DNA of 64,000 bases from contig OX597814.1 in assembly GCA_951406725.2 (NCBI GenBank), positions 103,230,001 through 103,294,000 of the forward strand. The letters run 5' to 3'. Shown in pieces: positions 34,128 to 47,646 of this stretch. Both the position numbers and the translations under genes were made by a program. The notes under the pieces were generated by a model. It was not told where the DNA came from. It did not search any database and saw only the letters and a program-made list of their open reading frames with translations. Within the stretch, counting starts at the first letter, position 1. Each line of letters opens with the position of its first letter. This stretch comes from Octopus vulgaris. Its lineage: Eukaryota.

Positions 34128-35950
34128 ATCATCATCATCATCATCATCATCATCATTATCATCATTTAACATCTGCTTTCCATGCTGGCATGGGGTAGAA
34201 GGTTCGACTGAAAACTGGTAAGCTGGGTGGGGCTGCACCAGGTTCCAATCTGATTTGGCAAGGTTTCTACAGCTGGACGCCCTTCCTAAAGCTAACCCCT
34301 TTGAGAGTGTAGTGCGTGTTTTTTACGTGTCACCAGCACAGGTGCCATTGACCTGACACCAGTACCTGTCTTGACTACAGACTCGTTGGGCTTGACAGGT
34401 CAACACAAGCACAGTATATCACCAAAGGTCTTGGCCACCAGTCACTGCCTCCATGAGGCCCAACACTCAAATGGTGCTTTTTACGTGGCATCGATGCACT
34501 GGCATCGGCTATGACTATGATTTCACTTGGTTCAACAAGTCTTCTCAAGCACAGCATAACATCCAATGACTGAAGGTTACTTTTAATGGACCAGTTAAAC
34601 AATCCTGGCATCGGCCATGGCTGTGATCTCACTTGGCTTGCTGGGTCTTCTCAGGCACAGCATTTCTCCAAAGGTCTCAGTTGCTTGTCATTGCCTCTGT
34701 GTGGCCCAACATTTGAAGATCGTGCTTGACCACTTCATTCCAGGTCTCCCTGAGTCTACCTCTTCCACAGGTTCAATCCGTCATTAGAGTGCAACACTTC
34801 TTTGCACAGCTGTCCTCATCCAAATGCATCACATGACCACACCTATGCAGTCGTCTTTCGTGCACACCACATTTGATGCTTCTTAAGCCCAACTTTTCTC
34901 TCGGGATGCTTACACTGTCATGCATGCTCACTGACATTGCACATCCAGCAAAGCATACTGGTTTCATTTCTTCCAAATCTATGCATGTCCTCAGCAGTCA
35001 CAGCCCATGTTTCACTGCCAAGTAGCATGGCTGTTTGCACACAAGTATCATACAGTCTGCCTTTTACTCTGAGCAAGAGGCCTTTTGTTGCCAACAGAGG
35101 TAGGAGCTCTCTGTACTTTGCCCAGCCTATTTTTACTCTAGCAACTATACTCCCAGAGTATCCACCCCTGCTACTTTCTTGGTCACCTAGGTAATGGAAG
35201 CTGTCGATCACTTCTAGTTTTCCCACCTGGCATGCAATGGAATCTATTTTCTGTACATTTTTTGTTTTTTATTGCCCCTGAACATCGGTCACACACAAAC
35301 ACTGTCTTCCCTGTTAACCTTCCTCTGATATTGCTACACCTCTTATGTGTCCATAGCTTACACTAGGTACATCTTATGGAGTTTCTACCTACGTATCTAC
35401 TACAGATCGAGCAGGGCCATCTACCTGAAGTGGTTTGTGATTTGTTCACCTTCCTATTTACTAAAACTTTGGTCTGCTAGGTCAACTCTAAGGCCCTTCA
35501 ATTCTAAACCTTGCTTCCATACCTGAAACTTCTCTAGTTCTGGCAGTGATTCAGCTATAAGAGAATGGTCATCAGCATAGACAAACTCCCAGGGGCAGCC
35601 TGTCTTAACTTCTTCTGTTATTGCCTGGAAGATTATGACGAACAAGAGAGGGCTGAGGACTGATCCCTGGTGAATCACTACTTGTACCCTGAATCCTTTG
35701 CTATACTCATTGCCAGCCTGACTGACTGCATCTCTGTACATCAATTCCTAGTTTCTGCATTGACCACCAGATAAGGGATCAGGGAACCATGTAAAAAACT
35801 TTCCCCATGTCAACAAAGCCCAAGTACAGAAGTTTTCCCAGTTTTCATATCCTTGATTGCTTTGTCTACCAAGATATTGTCAATTTGGATAGCTGATCCC
35901 TCAAATGGGTCGACATTTGGCAGGCTCTCTTTCTCCCATATATGGGTAGA
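34128..35950 (-). mobile_element. RTE-clade LINE, 5'-truncated, with long 3' UTR and (GAT)n tail
   Basis: IHQGSVLSPLLF..FVYADD (35454-35744) and LEVIDSFHYLGD..GSETW (34918-35226). The 3' UTR ends in the V-domain-like core and (CAT)n at 34128-34163. Confidence 0.9.
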
Positions 35951-36072
35951 GCTATATGGGTAGATACATACATTCATATACATACATATATATATATATA
36001 GATACAGACACACACACACACACCATATATATGCATGTGTGTGAGTGTGTGTGTGTGTGTATATATATATCT

Positions 36073-36111
<39 letters not shown>

Positions 36112-36164
36112 TATATATCTATACGTATATATATACATACACACACACAGACACACAGACACAG

Positions 36165-36195
<31 letters not shown>

Positions 36196-36204
36196 CACAC
36201 ACAT

Positions 36205-36690
36205 ATATATTTCCGACAGGAAGGTCAGTTGGAAGGCCACTCTTGCACTTCAGAGAAAACTAAAAGACAATCCCAAGCAATGCAACATTCCCTTTTCTTC
36301 CTGAGAAAATAAGGCACCAGAACGCGGCACCTTCTTCTCCTCAGTTCAAAGATTTCAGCAAAGTCCAACACTGGCACCAACTTCATGCTGGGCATAAAGG
36401 CCTGCTGGCAAAATGCTGCTCTTCTAAATGGAGACCTTACCTGTCATTATGGTTTTGTGGCATGAAGCAAAGCAGGCCCAGCCATCCACTCAAGAAAACA
36501 AATAGTAAATGATCCATAAGCACTTTAGAAAACTGAGTCCTCAACTTGTTCCCATTGTTCCCTTTGCCAAAAGGTTTACAGGGCATCAGCAGGCCTCAAG
36601 AGACACATTTGTGTCCATAGAACATGAGTACATGGTAAACTCTTTATTTTATTGAACCCTCATTTGTCGTTCATGACAGAAGAATCCATC
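36205..36690 (+). mobile_element. RTE 3' fragment with degenerate zinc fingers
   Basis: GRSVGRPLLHF motif. Homologous to 39025-39355, including the 3' end gaaccctcatttgtc..gaatcc. Confidence 0.75.
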
Positions 36691-36691
36691 A

Positions 36692-38312
36692 TATATATAT
36701 ATATAAAACTGAGAATGTCTGTCTGTCTGTCTGTGTGTTTCCCTAAAACTTGAGAACTACACAACCAATTTCATTCAAATTTTACACATGCCTTACTTAG
36801 GGTCCATGTAGTTTCATGGGCAAAAATAAATGTTCAACTTCTTGCCTAGGGCGAGCCCATAGCAATATCATATCTTCTCCATTATTTCAGTATTACGTGT
36901 TAAAAGTGAAACAAAAACATTTCTCTATTTTATGTCAGATACTTTCACTTTAACAATAAAAATTAGAGATAATAATAACAACTGAATTATATGTAGTAAG
37001 TAATAATTAAAATCAAACTAAAGTATAATATAATAATTAAATCATAACATAACAATTAAAAGTAAAAATAGCAATTGGTATAAAATTGCATCAATGACTT
37101 GAACTTGAATAAGTGGTTTCACATGAATGGGAATAAATTAAAAATAAAATTAATGCGCAGAAATGGAATAGTCCAGATGGAGCTGTGCACATACCCTTTA
37201 CAACAGCTTTTACATTAGATTATCTGCTAATTAGCTAGCATTAAGTATCTATATGAAGTTTGGCTGTATGTAATATCTGTTTTCTCGAACAGCCGCTTCT
37301 ACTGAGTACTGCTGTTGGTTTATTTCTTATACATAAAGGACTACAGCTTCAACTGCGTACTGCTTTTTGATTCACCATAGGGTTTGCTGTTATTATTATT
37401 ACTATTTAATTATTGTTATCATGTTTGTTGGTTCCTCGTAAGGGAAACATTATTGTGTTTCATTTGTTAAATAATTGTAAACCGTAACCCTCCCCCTTTG
37501 GGAGAAGGAGCTTTGGTTATTGTTTAAAAATTGAATTGTGTCCGTTTGGAGAAATTGACAATATTTTCACCGTTTATACAGAAGCATTTTTGTTAAAATG
37601 TCTTCGATAGTAGAAAGTCCAAAAATGAATTTCGCTGCAGCCGTCGGCGGGCACAAACTCATTAAAATTAAAATGGAAGAAATACAAACCTATTTCGGAT
37701 TGATCACTGACAAAGACGGTGAATCTAGGATAACACCACCAAAATGAAATAAAAAATTAAATTAAAGAAAAGACTATTGTCTATAAAGTATACAATGTAG
37801 AGAAAAGAAAAGATTTGAACACCTGGAGGAAAGCACCATCGAAAAGTGTCTTGGTGCGACTATGAAAGATATCAAGTATCTAACCAGAGGCGGTAAATTC
37901 GCCACAATAGAAGCAAGGTTCGAGTCAATGGAGCGTGCAAGGGAGTACTCGACTCGAACCTTGTAAAGTGGAAATATTTTATTTTTACCTTTATATCTGG
38001 GACGTAAGACATCCCAGATAAAAATTTAAAATGTCCCCCCAGAAGTAGAGGTAGGCTGGATTGTAGCCACACTTCTATATAAGAGGGAGGACAAGATACA
38101 ATTGATCGAAATTGCAAGAGACGGACCTACAATTCCAGTCTGTTATATATTTTGAGCATTGTTATCACTAGCAATATCAAGATATAACTTTGTATTTTGT
38201 ATTTTATGTGTAGATGTATATATATAGATGTACATGTAATATGTACACATATATATACACATATATACATGCACTAGCACAATGATCCGGCAACACCAGG
38301 TCATAATGCTAG
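36692..38312 (+). mobile_element. Non-autonomous Helitron
   Basis: 5' end atatatataaaactgagaatgtctgtctgtctg…accaatttcattcaaatttt, typical of Helitron heads with (GTCT)n. Imperfect 3' hairpin gatccggcaacaccaggtc followed by CTAG|T at 38309-38312. Confidence 0.7.
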
Positions 38313-38339
38313 TATATATATATATATATATATTCGTCC

Positions 38340-39355
38340 ATCAGCCCATCCGTGACCATCTTCCTGCTGTATGTGTTTCTGGTAAAGCATATCAAAAATT
38401 GTTTCCTCCTTCACTTATCTTGGTTCCATTGTGTCTAATGATGTAAAAATGGATAAAAAAAAATTGAGTCCAGAATTGGGAAGGCTAGCTCTACTTTTGG
38501 CAAACTTCATCACAGACATTGGAACAGCCACAACATATCGTTGCAAGTGAAGGTTAATGTATATAAGTTGGTGGTCTTGGCAACATTGCTTTATGGTGCT
38601 GAATCTTGTTCCAAAAGCACATCAACCAGTTTGATTCTTTTCATATGCGATGCTCATGTGATATATCCAACATAAAACCGAGTGACCATATTCATAACAT
38701 TATCATCATCATCATCATCATCGTTTAATGTCCGTTTTCCATGCTGGCATGGGTTGGACGGTTTGACTGGGGACTGGCAAGCCAGGAGGATGCACCTGGC
38801 TCCAATCTGATCTGGCAAGGTTTCTACAGCTGGATGCCCTTCCTCACACCAACCACTCCGAGAGTGTAGTGGATGCATTTTATGTGCTAGCAGAATGGGT
38901 GAGGTACCAACAAAATGCAACATACCAGGTATTGAAGCCATCCTCATCAAAATACAGCTGAGATGGTCAGGTCATCCCTCACGTAGGAGTGATATCAGAA
39001 TTCCGAAGCAACTTCTCTCTGGCCAATTCCCAACAGGAAGATCAGTTAGAAGGCCACTCTTGTGCTTCAAAGACAAAATACCATTTTCTTTTCTTCCTGG
39101 GAAAACAAAGCATCAGAACACAGGATGTGGTGCCTGTCCTGTTTCCCCTCAGATCAAAGATTTGAGCAAAGTCGACTCCAGCAACTGGATCAACTTCATG
39201 CAAGCATGAAGGCATGCTGGCAAAAGGTTTCCATTTGCCAAAAGGTTTGCAAGGCACCAAGTGGGCCTCAAGACACACATCATGTCCATAGAACATAATT
39301 AATACTTTATTTTACTGAACCCTCATTTGTCACTCATGACAACAGAATCCACCAT
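38340..39355 (+). mobile_element. RTE 3' fragment interrupted by a minus-strand (GAT)n element at ~38700-38890
   Basis: LVVLATLLYGAES before the insertion; IEAILIKIQLRWSGH..RIPKQLL..GRSVRRP after it. Confidence 0.8.
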
Positions 39356-39378
39356 ATACATATATATATATATATATT

Positions 39379-39639
39379 AGAAGAAATGAGGTACTCAGAA
39401 ATTCAGATGCTTTTATATTTACAGATATTTATTAGTAGAAATCATATATCATATATTAGCACTTTCGTCCACTCTAGTGGAGTTTTCAAATTGAAGTGTT
39501 CAATTTGAAGACTCCACTAGAGTGGATGGAAGCGCTATATATGTGCTATATGATATATGATTTATAAAAAACATGTGACATACTAATAAATATCTGTAAA
39601 TATAAAACCATCCAGATTTCTGAGTACCTCATTTCTTCT
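39379..39639. mobile_element. Fold-back (palindromic) Penelope-type pseudo-LTR with hammerhead-like motif in each arm
   Basis: Arms 39379-39495 and 39499-39639 around a 3-nt loop. Core TTGAAGA-CTCCACTAGAGTGGA(C/T)-G(A/G)AA-GCGC-TA. Flanked by (AT)n. Confidence 0.7.
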
Positions 39640-39671
39640 TATATATAATACCTGTACATCATCTCTAAACC

Positions 39672-39721
<50 letters not shown>

Positions 39722-39728
<7 letters not shown>

Positions 39729-40032
39729 TAGAAAAAAACCACCTTTTATCAATTCAAAATGGAAAAATTAAATTACACCATCTAGAAAATTACATATAAT
39801 AGAAATATCAAATATACGATAAAAAATATAGCGATGATTAAGTAATGTGCAAAATAATAAATAAAACATATATATTTGGTAGAATAACGTTTTATTTTTT
39901 ATTTTGCACATTACTTAATCATCGGTATATTTTTTATCCTATATTTAATATCTCTATTATATGTAATTTTCTAGATGGTGTAATTTAATTTTTCATTTTG
40001 AATTGATAAAAGGTGTTTTTTTCTAATTTATA
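39722..40032. repeat. Second long AT-rich palindrome (~145-bp arms) in an (AT)n context
   Basis: aaattagaaaaaaaccaccttttatcaattc… pairs with …gaattgataaaaggtgtttttttctaattt. Spacer ~20 nt at about 39868-39888. Confidence 0.85.
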
Positions 40033-40113
40033 TATACATTATATTTTGTGAAATTTGATTTAGTATTTCTAAATTGAATTTTTCCCTGTAAGTTTGGAAT
40101 AATATTCCCTCAA

Positions 40114-40153
<40 letters not shown>

Positions 40154-40389
40154 CATCATCATCATCATTTAACATCCATTTTCCATGCTGACATGGGTTG
40201 GATGGTTTGACACCCACATACAAACACACACATACAGAAAGAGAAAGAAGGGGGAGAGAGAGAAAGAGAGGACAAACAAAAAGTCAACATTATTTGCATC
40301 AACATAATAATATATACGCACGAAAAAAACACATATATTCTTATAAACATATACACTCAACCATTTCAAACACAGACACAGTGTTCTAT

Positions 40390-40665
40390 ATACATACATG
40401 CACATCTGTGTGTGTGAGCATGTTTGCATGTTTGTGTGTATGTGTGTGTATGCGTGCATGTGTGTATGTGTGTGCATGTGTGCATGTATGTGTGTGCATG
40501 TGTGTATGTGTGTGTATGTATGTATGCATGTGTGTGTATGTGCATGTGTGTATGTGTGCATTTGTATGTATGTGTGCATGTGTGTATGTGTGTATGTGTG
40601 TGTATGCATGTATGTGTGTGCATGTGTGTGTGCATTTGTGTGTGTGTGTGTGCATAAGTGTGTAT
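40390..40665. repeat. Degenerate (TG)/(TGTA)/(TGCA) purine-pyrimidine tract
   Basis: Direct low-complexity repeat. Confidence 0.9.
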
Positions 40666-41024
40666 ATAACTGTCAGTCATTATCATGCTGTTGCCATGGC
40701 AGCTGTTGCCATCATTATTATTGTAATTATATAATTATGTAATTAACACCATTGCCATCGTATGTGTTATTTCTTTTCCTTTCATCAACCCAGATTTACC
40801 TCCACATCTTTCCAACTTCCACATGAACCAAACCACTTCTCTCCCAAACTACCGTCCTTCCATTCTCCGACCCCACCCCTGCTCCCTTCTTTATGGAAAA
40901 TTTAGTTTTTCCTTAAACACAAAAATATTTAAAAAATAGACAAATAAAACAATTACTTGATAACTTTTATATCACATGGCATTGATATTGATGATATAAT
41001 ACAACAAGAATATTAGTTTCAAAT

Positions 41025-41230
41025 TTTGGCACAAGGCCAGCAATTTCAGTGGGGAGTGGGGTAAGTCAATTACATTGACCCCATTGTACAACTGGTACTT
41101 ATTTTTTTGACCCTGAAAGGGTGAAAGGCAGAGTCAACCTGAATGGAATTTGAACTGAAAACGTAAAGATGGATGAAAAACCATTTAGTATTTTGCCTGG
41201 CATCATGATGACTCTGCCAACCCAGCATCC
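41025..41230 (-). mobile_element. tRNA-head SINE with Meta-like domain
   Basis: actggtacttatttttttgaccctgaaagggtgaaaggcagagtcaacct..ggaatttgaact (B box on the minus strand). Confidence 0.75.
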
Positions 41231-41329
41231 TTAAAAATAGAACAAATGTATCAGCATAATACGAATATTGACATTGATGTCGTTTGATCTAACAATACTG
41301 ACGTTGGGATAGACTGGCATTGCACTATG

Positions 41330-41890
41330 CTGAAGACATAGTTTGGTGTAAAAAAATAAGTTTGGAATCAGTCTTGGTAACTAAAGATGTACATAGAAGA
41401 AGTTCTAGGAATTGATTGATGTGTAATGAGGAGAGGAATGTGCCATGGGGGAAAAGTGTCTGGTTGTATGTCTTCAAAAGGTGGTATGAATTGTGTGAGT
41501 GAGACATGGCTAATGAGCATGGAACAGCAACGGAGAAGACTGGACGAAATGGAAATGAGAATAGTTTGGTGGATAAGGGGAGGAATTTTTAGAAAGAGAA
41601 AGACAAAGAATGGATTGTAAAAAAAAGGGGATGAGAATGAAGCCAGTGATGGATGTTTGTGATGAGAAATGGGAGGAAGTGGTTGGGTCATGTGCTGGGA
41701 GAGGATGGTTTTGTGAACTGGATGAGAGGAATGATAGAAATAAATATGAAAGGATGTAGGGGAAAGAGAAAACTGAGAGAGACAGGCTAAAAATAACTGG
41801 GGTTGATGGGTATGATGTAGATGATAGTGTAAAATGGAGGAGGCTTTGGTGGGCCACTCAAGACTAACCCCTTCTTTAACAGGGCAAATG
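41330..41890 (+). mobile_element. Old RTE 3' fragment
   Basis: SETW..RRLDEMEMRIVWWIRG and a W.GHVL remnant. Confidence 0.55.
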
Positions 41891-42099
41891 CCCTTAAAAT
41901 ATTGTTGTTGTACTCTTGACTGAATATTATTTTCTGGGGCTTAATTTTTGCTCCAGTAAATTCTATTTGACTGGAATTATAAAAATTAGTTTCACCTTTC
42001 AAACCAGTTTATTTCTTCTTCATCATGGCTCAGTGTTATACGGTCTTTGATTATATTCCAGCTAACAAGATTCATTATTGAACGTTGACATATTGTTTG

Positions 42100-42350
42100 G
42101 TGTCACCACACAAAAAACACCCATACTCATGACACATCAAAAGCACCTATACTGGTGCCACATAAAAAAACTCTCAGTAAAATCTGTAAAGTGGTTGGCA
42201 TTAGGAAGAGCATTCACCCATAGAAAACCATGCCAAAACAGACAGCCGGAGCCTGGTGCAGCTCTCTGGCTTGCAAGCACCTGTTAAACCATCCAACTCA
42301 TGCAAGCATGAAAAACAGACATTCAACGCTGATGATGATGATGATGATGA
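42100..42350 (+). mobile_element. (GAT)n-tailed RTE-associated element
   Basis: gtggttggcattaggaagagcattcacc core; (GAT)n end. Confidence 0.75.
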
Positions 42351-42361
42351 GATTTACATAC

Positions 42362-42399
<38 letters not shown>

Positions 42400-42519
42400 G
42401 TAGTCAAATTTCAAACATTTTCAAAATTTTGCGTTGCTATAAATTTATTGCTTTGCACATCCGATAATGCTCATAAAATTAGTGATAGGAATAATAGAAT
42501 AAGACGATATACCCCATGT

Positions 42520-42655
<136 letters not shown>

Positions 42656-43299
42656 AATAAGGTTTGAAAATTTGTAAATTGTAATATAACTTCTGATAAA
42701 AATATTCCATTTGTTAAGCAAATTAAGAATAATATAGTTGGATCTTTATACAAACTATTTTCTAAACATTTTACCAAAGAAAATAGTTATTATGATATAA
42801 TTAATGCCAGTTTTCTTTGAGTGGCTTTTTCTGTTTCGAAAATATGTCCCAAATTATTTCTTTCCCTTAACGAGGGGAAATTATCAAATTTTTATAACAA
42901 TAAAAATCAGATTAATTGCAACAATATTAAAAGTGAAAGATGTAATGTTAGTAATGACTGTAGAATTAATTCTTCTGATGTACAAGGGGAAACAATCCAC
43001 ATTAAATCCCATCCAAACCTGAAGACTAGCAGTGAAGTAGTAAATGACCATCTTACTGAATATAAAATAGAAATATAGAAAAGAAAAGTATTTATTGTGA
43101 TTGTAAAGTTAGAAATAACTGTTTGTTTAATAATAATTAGTGTCAGCAAAAAAACGTAGTCTCTAGATGTGGAGTGAAATCTGAAGGTAAGAATTTCTTT
43201 TACATCGGTGCAACAGAAAACTTTGTATAAAAAAAAAAACACATCGCTGATCACAATTACACCTTTAATAATGGAAATAGATTGTCTTCTGCCAGCCTT

Positions 43300-43596
43300 A
43301 GTAAATTTATCTGGCACGTAAAAAGCACCATTTGAGTGTGGCCGATGCCAGTGTCGCTTGTGTGGCACATAAAAAGTACTGTTCAAGCATGGCTGATGCC
43401 AGTGCCACTTGACTGGCATATAAAAGGCATCTACAACACTTTTGGAGTGGTTGGCATTAGGAAGGGCATCCAGCTGTAGAAACCTTACCAAATCAGATTG
43501 GAGCCAGGTACAGCCTCCTGGCTTACCAGTTCTCAGTCAAACCGTCCAACTCATGCCAGCATGGAAAGCAGACATTAATCAACGATGATGATGATG

Positions 43597-43597
<1 letters not shown>
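43300..43597 (+). mobile_element. (GAT)n-tailed RTE-associated element
   Basis: gagtggttggcattaggaagggcatccagctgtagaaacc core; (GAT)n end. Confidence 0.85.
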
Positions 43598-43654
<57 letters not shown>

Positions 43655-43657
<3 letters not shown>

Positions 43658-44958
43658 CAGCAGAGGAATGAGGTGCTCAGGATTGCAAAGCAGTGTATCA
43701 GAGAGAATAGAGATGTGGTGGATGTGAAATGTGTGTGAAGAATTAAATTAGAAGAGATGCAATTTGATTTTGTACTTGGGAAGAGCACCACAAATGCAAC
43801 CTTCCTCGTGAGGAAAGGTATTTGGCCAAAAGTAAGCCATTGCAGTGGATCTCAGGTGGATTAACAGATAAAGTTACCTTTGTTTGTGACAGATGTGCAG
43901 GAACAATAAGCACTAAGGACACACAGGACTTAGACTCTCTCAAATGCCCAGGAGGTTCTCTTGAGGTTGTAGATAGTTTCTGTTCCCCAAGTGACCAAAT
44001 TAGCCATGGTGGAGGATGCTCTGAAAATATTGTTAACAGAATAAGAAGAGGCTGGAGAAAGTTCAGAGAGTCGTTACCTCTGTTGGCAACAACAAAAGGA
44101 CTCTCTCTTCAAGTTAAAGGTAGATTATATGATGCTTTTTGTAAAAATTGGCTATACTCCATGGTAGTGAGACATAGGCCCTGAATGCAGACGACATGCA
44201 TAGACTAGATGGAAATGAAAGCAGTATTCTCCATTGGATGTGCAACATCAGTGTGCATGTATGACAAAGTGCAAATTTATCGAGTGAAAAGTTGGGGATA
44301 AGAGGAATCAAATGCACCATACAAGAGAAGAAGACTACGTTGGTTTGGACATGTGATGCATACGATTGAAGGGCAGAAGCATGAAGAAGTGCTGATCTCT
44401 GAAAGTGGATGATGCCTGTGGAAGAGGGAAACTCAGGGACCAATCCCAGGTTATTGGGCTTCATGGACGAAATGACAATGGACTGAGATGTCTGGCGATA
44501 TGAGATACTTGAGAAGAACTACCCACATTAGCGAAACTGAGTTCTAGAAGTGCTGTGTTCCACCCCCACATAACAATAAAACGTGTCTCAAACCCTACCC
44601 CCAACAAACCAAATCACATCTCTTCTTATTCTCACATGTTCTCTTTTCATGCACTCTGCTTATCTCTTGCTCCCTAATTCTGCCCTCATTGCCTTGCTCA
44701 CTGTAACATTGCTATCCTGTTGTTGCTCCACCCCTATGCACCCAAGTTTCCCCAGTCATTGCATTCTTCACTCCCACACTCTTTGCATCCTTGTGAAGTC
44801 TCTACTTCCTACTCACACTACATTGCCAAGACCCTGCCATTTATATTATGACTCCCATACTTGCCAGCATCTATCACTCTTGCTCTACCATCCCATTTAT
44901 ATTTGGATCCCTGTTCCTTGTGAGTATGCCCTGGCCCTTCGCCACCATCTCTGTCCAG

Positions 44959-45001
<43 letters not shown>

Positions 45002-45440
45002 TGACTCGTTAACCATGCGCCTCCTCCTCTACACCAACACACCTGTTTCTCTCCTCTTCATTCTTGATCACTCTCTGTCTCTGTCTCTCTCTGTCACTTT
45101 GTCTCACCCTCTCTCTCTCTCTCTCCCTCTCTCCAACCAGGTAATCATGTACCTCCTCTACACCAAGACACCTGTTTCTATCTCTGTCTCTCTCTCTCTT
45201 TCACTCTAACCTTTCATCATCTGACACAAGATCCCCTTTTCCTCCAATGCCCTTCCCCTCTGGCAAGTCACTTGGTGACCACCCTGCCAGTTCTCTAAAA
45301 AGCACCCGGTCCACACTGTAACGTGGTTGGCATTTGGAATGGCATTCAGCTGCACAAAACCTTACCAAAACAGACAAAAGAAGCCTGGCCAGCTCCTGTC
45401 AAACCGTCCATCCCATACCAGTAGAGAAAACAGACCTTAA

Positions 45441-45470
<30 letters not shown>
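43655..45470 (+). mobile_element. Internally deleted RTE LINE with CT-rich 3' UTR, V-domain-like end and (GAT)n tail
   Basis: FVCDRCAG..LEVVDSFC..GLSLQVKGRLYDA, same family type as 34128-35950 and 58960-60040. Confidence 0.8.
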
Positions 45471-45472
<2 letters not shown>

Positions 45473-45494
45473 ATATATATATATATATATATAT

Positions 45495-45706
45495 ACCGCC
45501 TGACTGGCCCTCATGCCACCAGGCATGTAAAAGCACCCACTACACTCTCGGAGTGGTTGGCGTTAGGAAGGGCATCCAGCTGTAAAAAACCTTGCCAGAT
45601 CAAGATTGGAGCCTGGTGCAGCCATCTGGTTCACCAGGCCTCAGTCAAATCGTCCAACCCATGCCAGCATGGAAAGTGGACGTTAAACGATGATGATGAT
45701 GATGAT
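45495..45706 (+). mobile_element. (GAT)n-tailed RTE-associated element
   Basis: Core ggcgttaggaagggcatccagctgt and end gacgttaaacgatgatgat. Confidence 0.85.
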
Positions 45707-46011
45707 ACATGCACATGGTGTAAGCAATTAAAGCAGTGTTAAATTGAAATAGCCATACATGTATCATACAGAATGTATGTATACCTTTGATAGGTTGGTT
45801 ACTGCAGTATTTGTCCTGAGATAGCATCTCTTATGGACTTAAAAGCAGGAAAACTATCAGAGAGAAAGAGAAAGAGGCAAGAACTCATCCCTCATAGCAG
45901 CCAGGACAAATACGGCAGTAACTGGTTGATGGACAGTGTGTATACATCAAGTAGGAGTTATGGATGGCTATTTTAATTAAATACAACCTCAGTTGTCTAT
46001 ACATGGTAGAG

Positions 46012-46295
46012 AAGGTGGTGGTGGCGGCGGCGGTGGTGGCGGTGGCAGCGGTGGCGGTAGCGGTGGCGGCGGCGGCGGCGGTGATGGCGGCGGTGATGGC
46101 GGTGGCGGTGGCGGCGGTGATGGCGATGGCGGCGGCGGTGGTGGTGGTGGCGGTGGTAGTGGTAATGGTGTGGTTGGTGGTGGTGAAGGCTGTAGGGTGA
46201 TAGTGCTAGGAATGGGAATAATGGTGATGGTGGGTAGTAATGGAGGTGGTGGTGGTGGTGGTGGTGAGTAGTGATGGTGGTGGTGGTGGTGGTAG
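46012..46295. repeat. G-rich (GGT/GGC/GAT)n trinucleotide tract
   Basis: Direct degenerate trinucleotide repeat. Confidence 0.9.
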
Positions 46296-47483
46296 CAAGT
46301 TGAGAGGAGCAAAAACTGAAGAAGTAGCAACACAGCTTTTGTTTTCTTTCACCCAACAACTAAAAGAATTTGATTTGCCAATGGAAACTGGCAGGTGGCT
46401 TTTCTTTTCTTTTTTGGTTTTTCCCCCTCTTCTTGATGTAAACTAGTTTTTAAACCCTGTTCAAGGTCAGAGGTTTATTATTAGTCAGTTGTTCATGCTT
46501 TCATTGTTTGTTTTACACTGACAGATTATAGATTAATATGTTATGAGTGAATGCAGGAGATTCTAGTTTAAAGGAAGCCAGCCACCCTACAAATACAACA
46601 TTAATAAACAATACACATCTCTGAATATTTCTTCAGAGGTGAAAATATTAATGTCTTTCATTGGCAGCAATATCTGAGAGATTTAGGAGAAAACACAGTG
46701 TTTGGGGGAAGTTAATTCCTTTGAAACTAAAGTTGAATGTCCAAGATGTAAACTTACCTTGAATCAACAACAGAATTATTTAGAATATTAATTATTTACT
46801 AACATTTCAGATTAGACTTTCAGGTGGAGTTAGTGAACAATCGACTTAATTGAGTCAAGTATATTACTGGTATGTTTTGTTAAATCTGAGTGAAAGTGGG
46901 AGACAAAATGAACTCCTGTTGAACTTGAACTCAAAAAGCAGAGATAAACGAATATTTAATCTACCTTGCTAGCATTTCAAACAATTTTGTCTCACCTTGC
47001 ACCAAAACAAATATTTTAAAATAGTTTTATTTTATTTGTTAAAAAGAAAAAAAAAACTATCTCAAATTATTTTCAGCCACATTGCTAATTATTTTCAATT
47101 AACAGTTTAAATTTTTGTTTTATTTTAGATTGAAGCTATGGATGATGCGTAAATACTATAATATCAAGTTCGAAATATTAAAGCTGGCTGCCTTCTTGAC
47201 TCAAAATAAGAAGAGAAATAATGAGAATCACTTTGGAAGTAACTTTGGTCAATGACTGCTCCCTTTTTGTAACTCTGTCTTGCAGCCAGGCCTGCATCAC
47301 CAATCACTAACTACGACCCAGGCATAGATCAGTTATAGATCTATCAATAAATCACATAGAAACCACAAAAGACTTTGGACACATCCACCACTCTACAACA
47401 ATTGTACCACCACCCACATCGGTGGTTCTCTGTCTTAATATCTATATTTAGCACTTGTCCTAGCAGAATGGCATGAATGCTAA

Positions 47484-47485
47484 TA

Positions 47486-47560
<75 letters not shown>

Positions 47561-47594
47561 GTGGTGGTGATGATGATGATGATGATGGTGGTGG

Positions 47595-47646
<52 letters not shown>

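Noticed and set aside
44583-45209. 208-aa ORF
   Set aside because: Lies in the CT-rich 3' UTR of an RTE copy; low complexity and a non-ATG start.
45964-46446. Gly-rich or Pro-rich (extensin/formin-like) protein gene
   Set aside because: Explained by the GGT/GGC repeat; no flanking domain or splice support.
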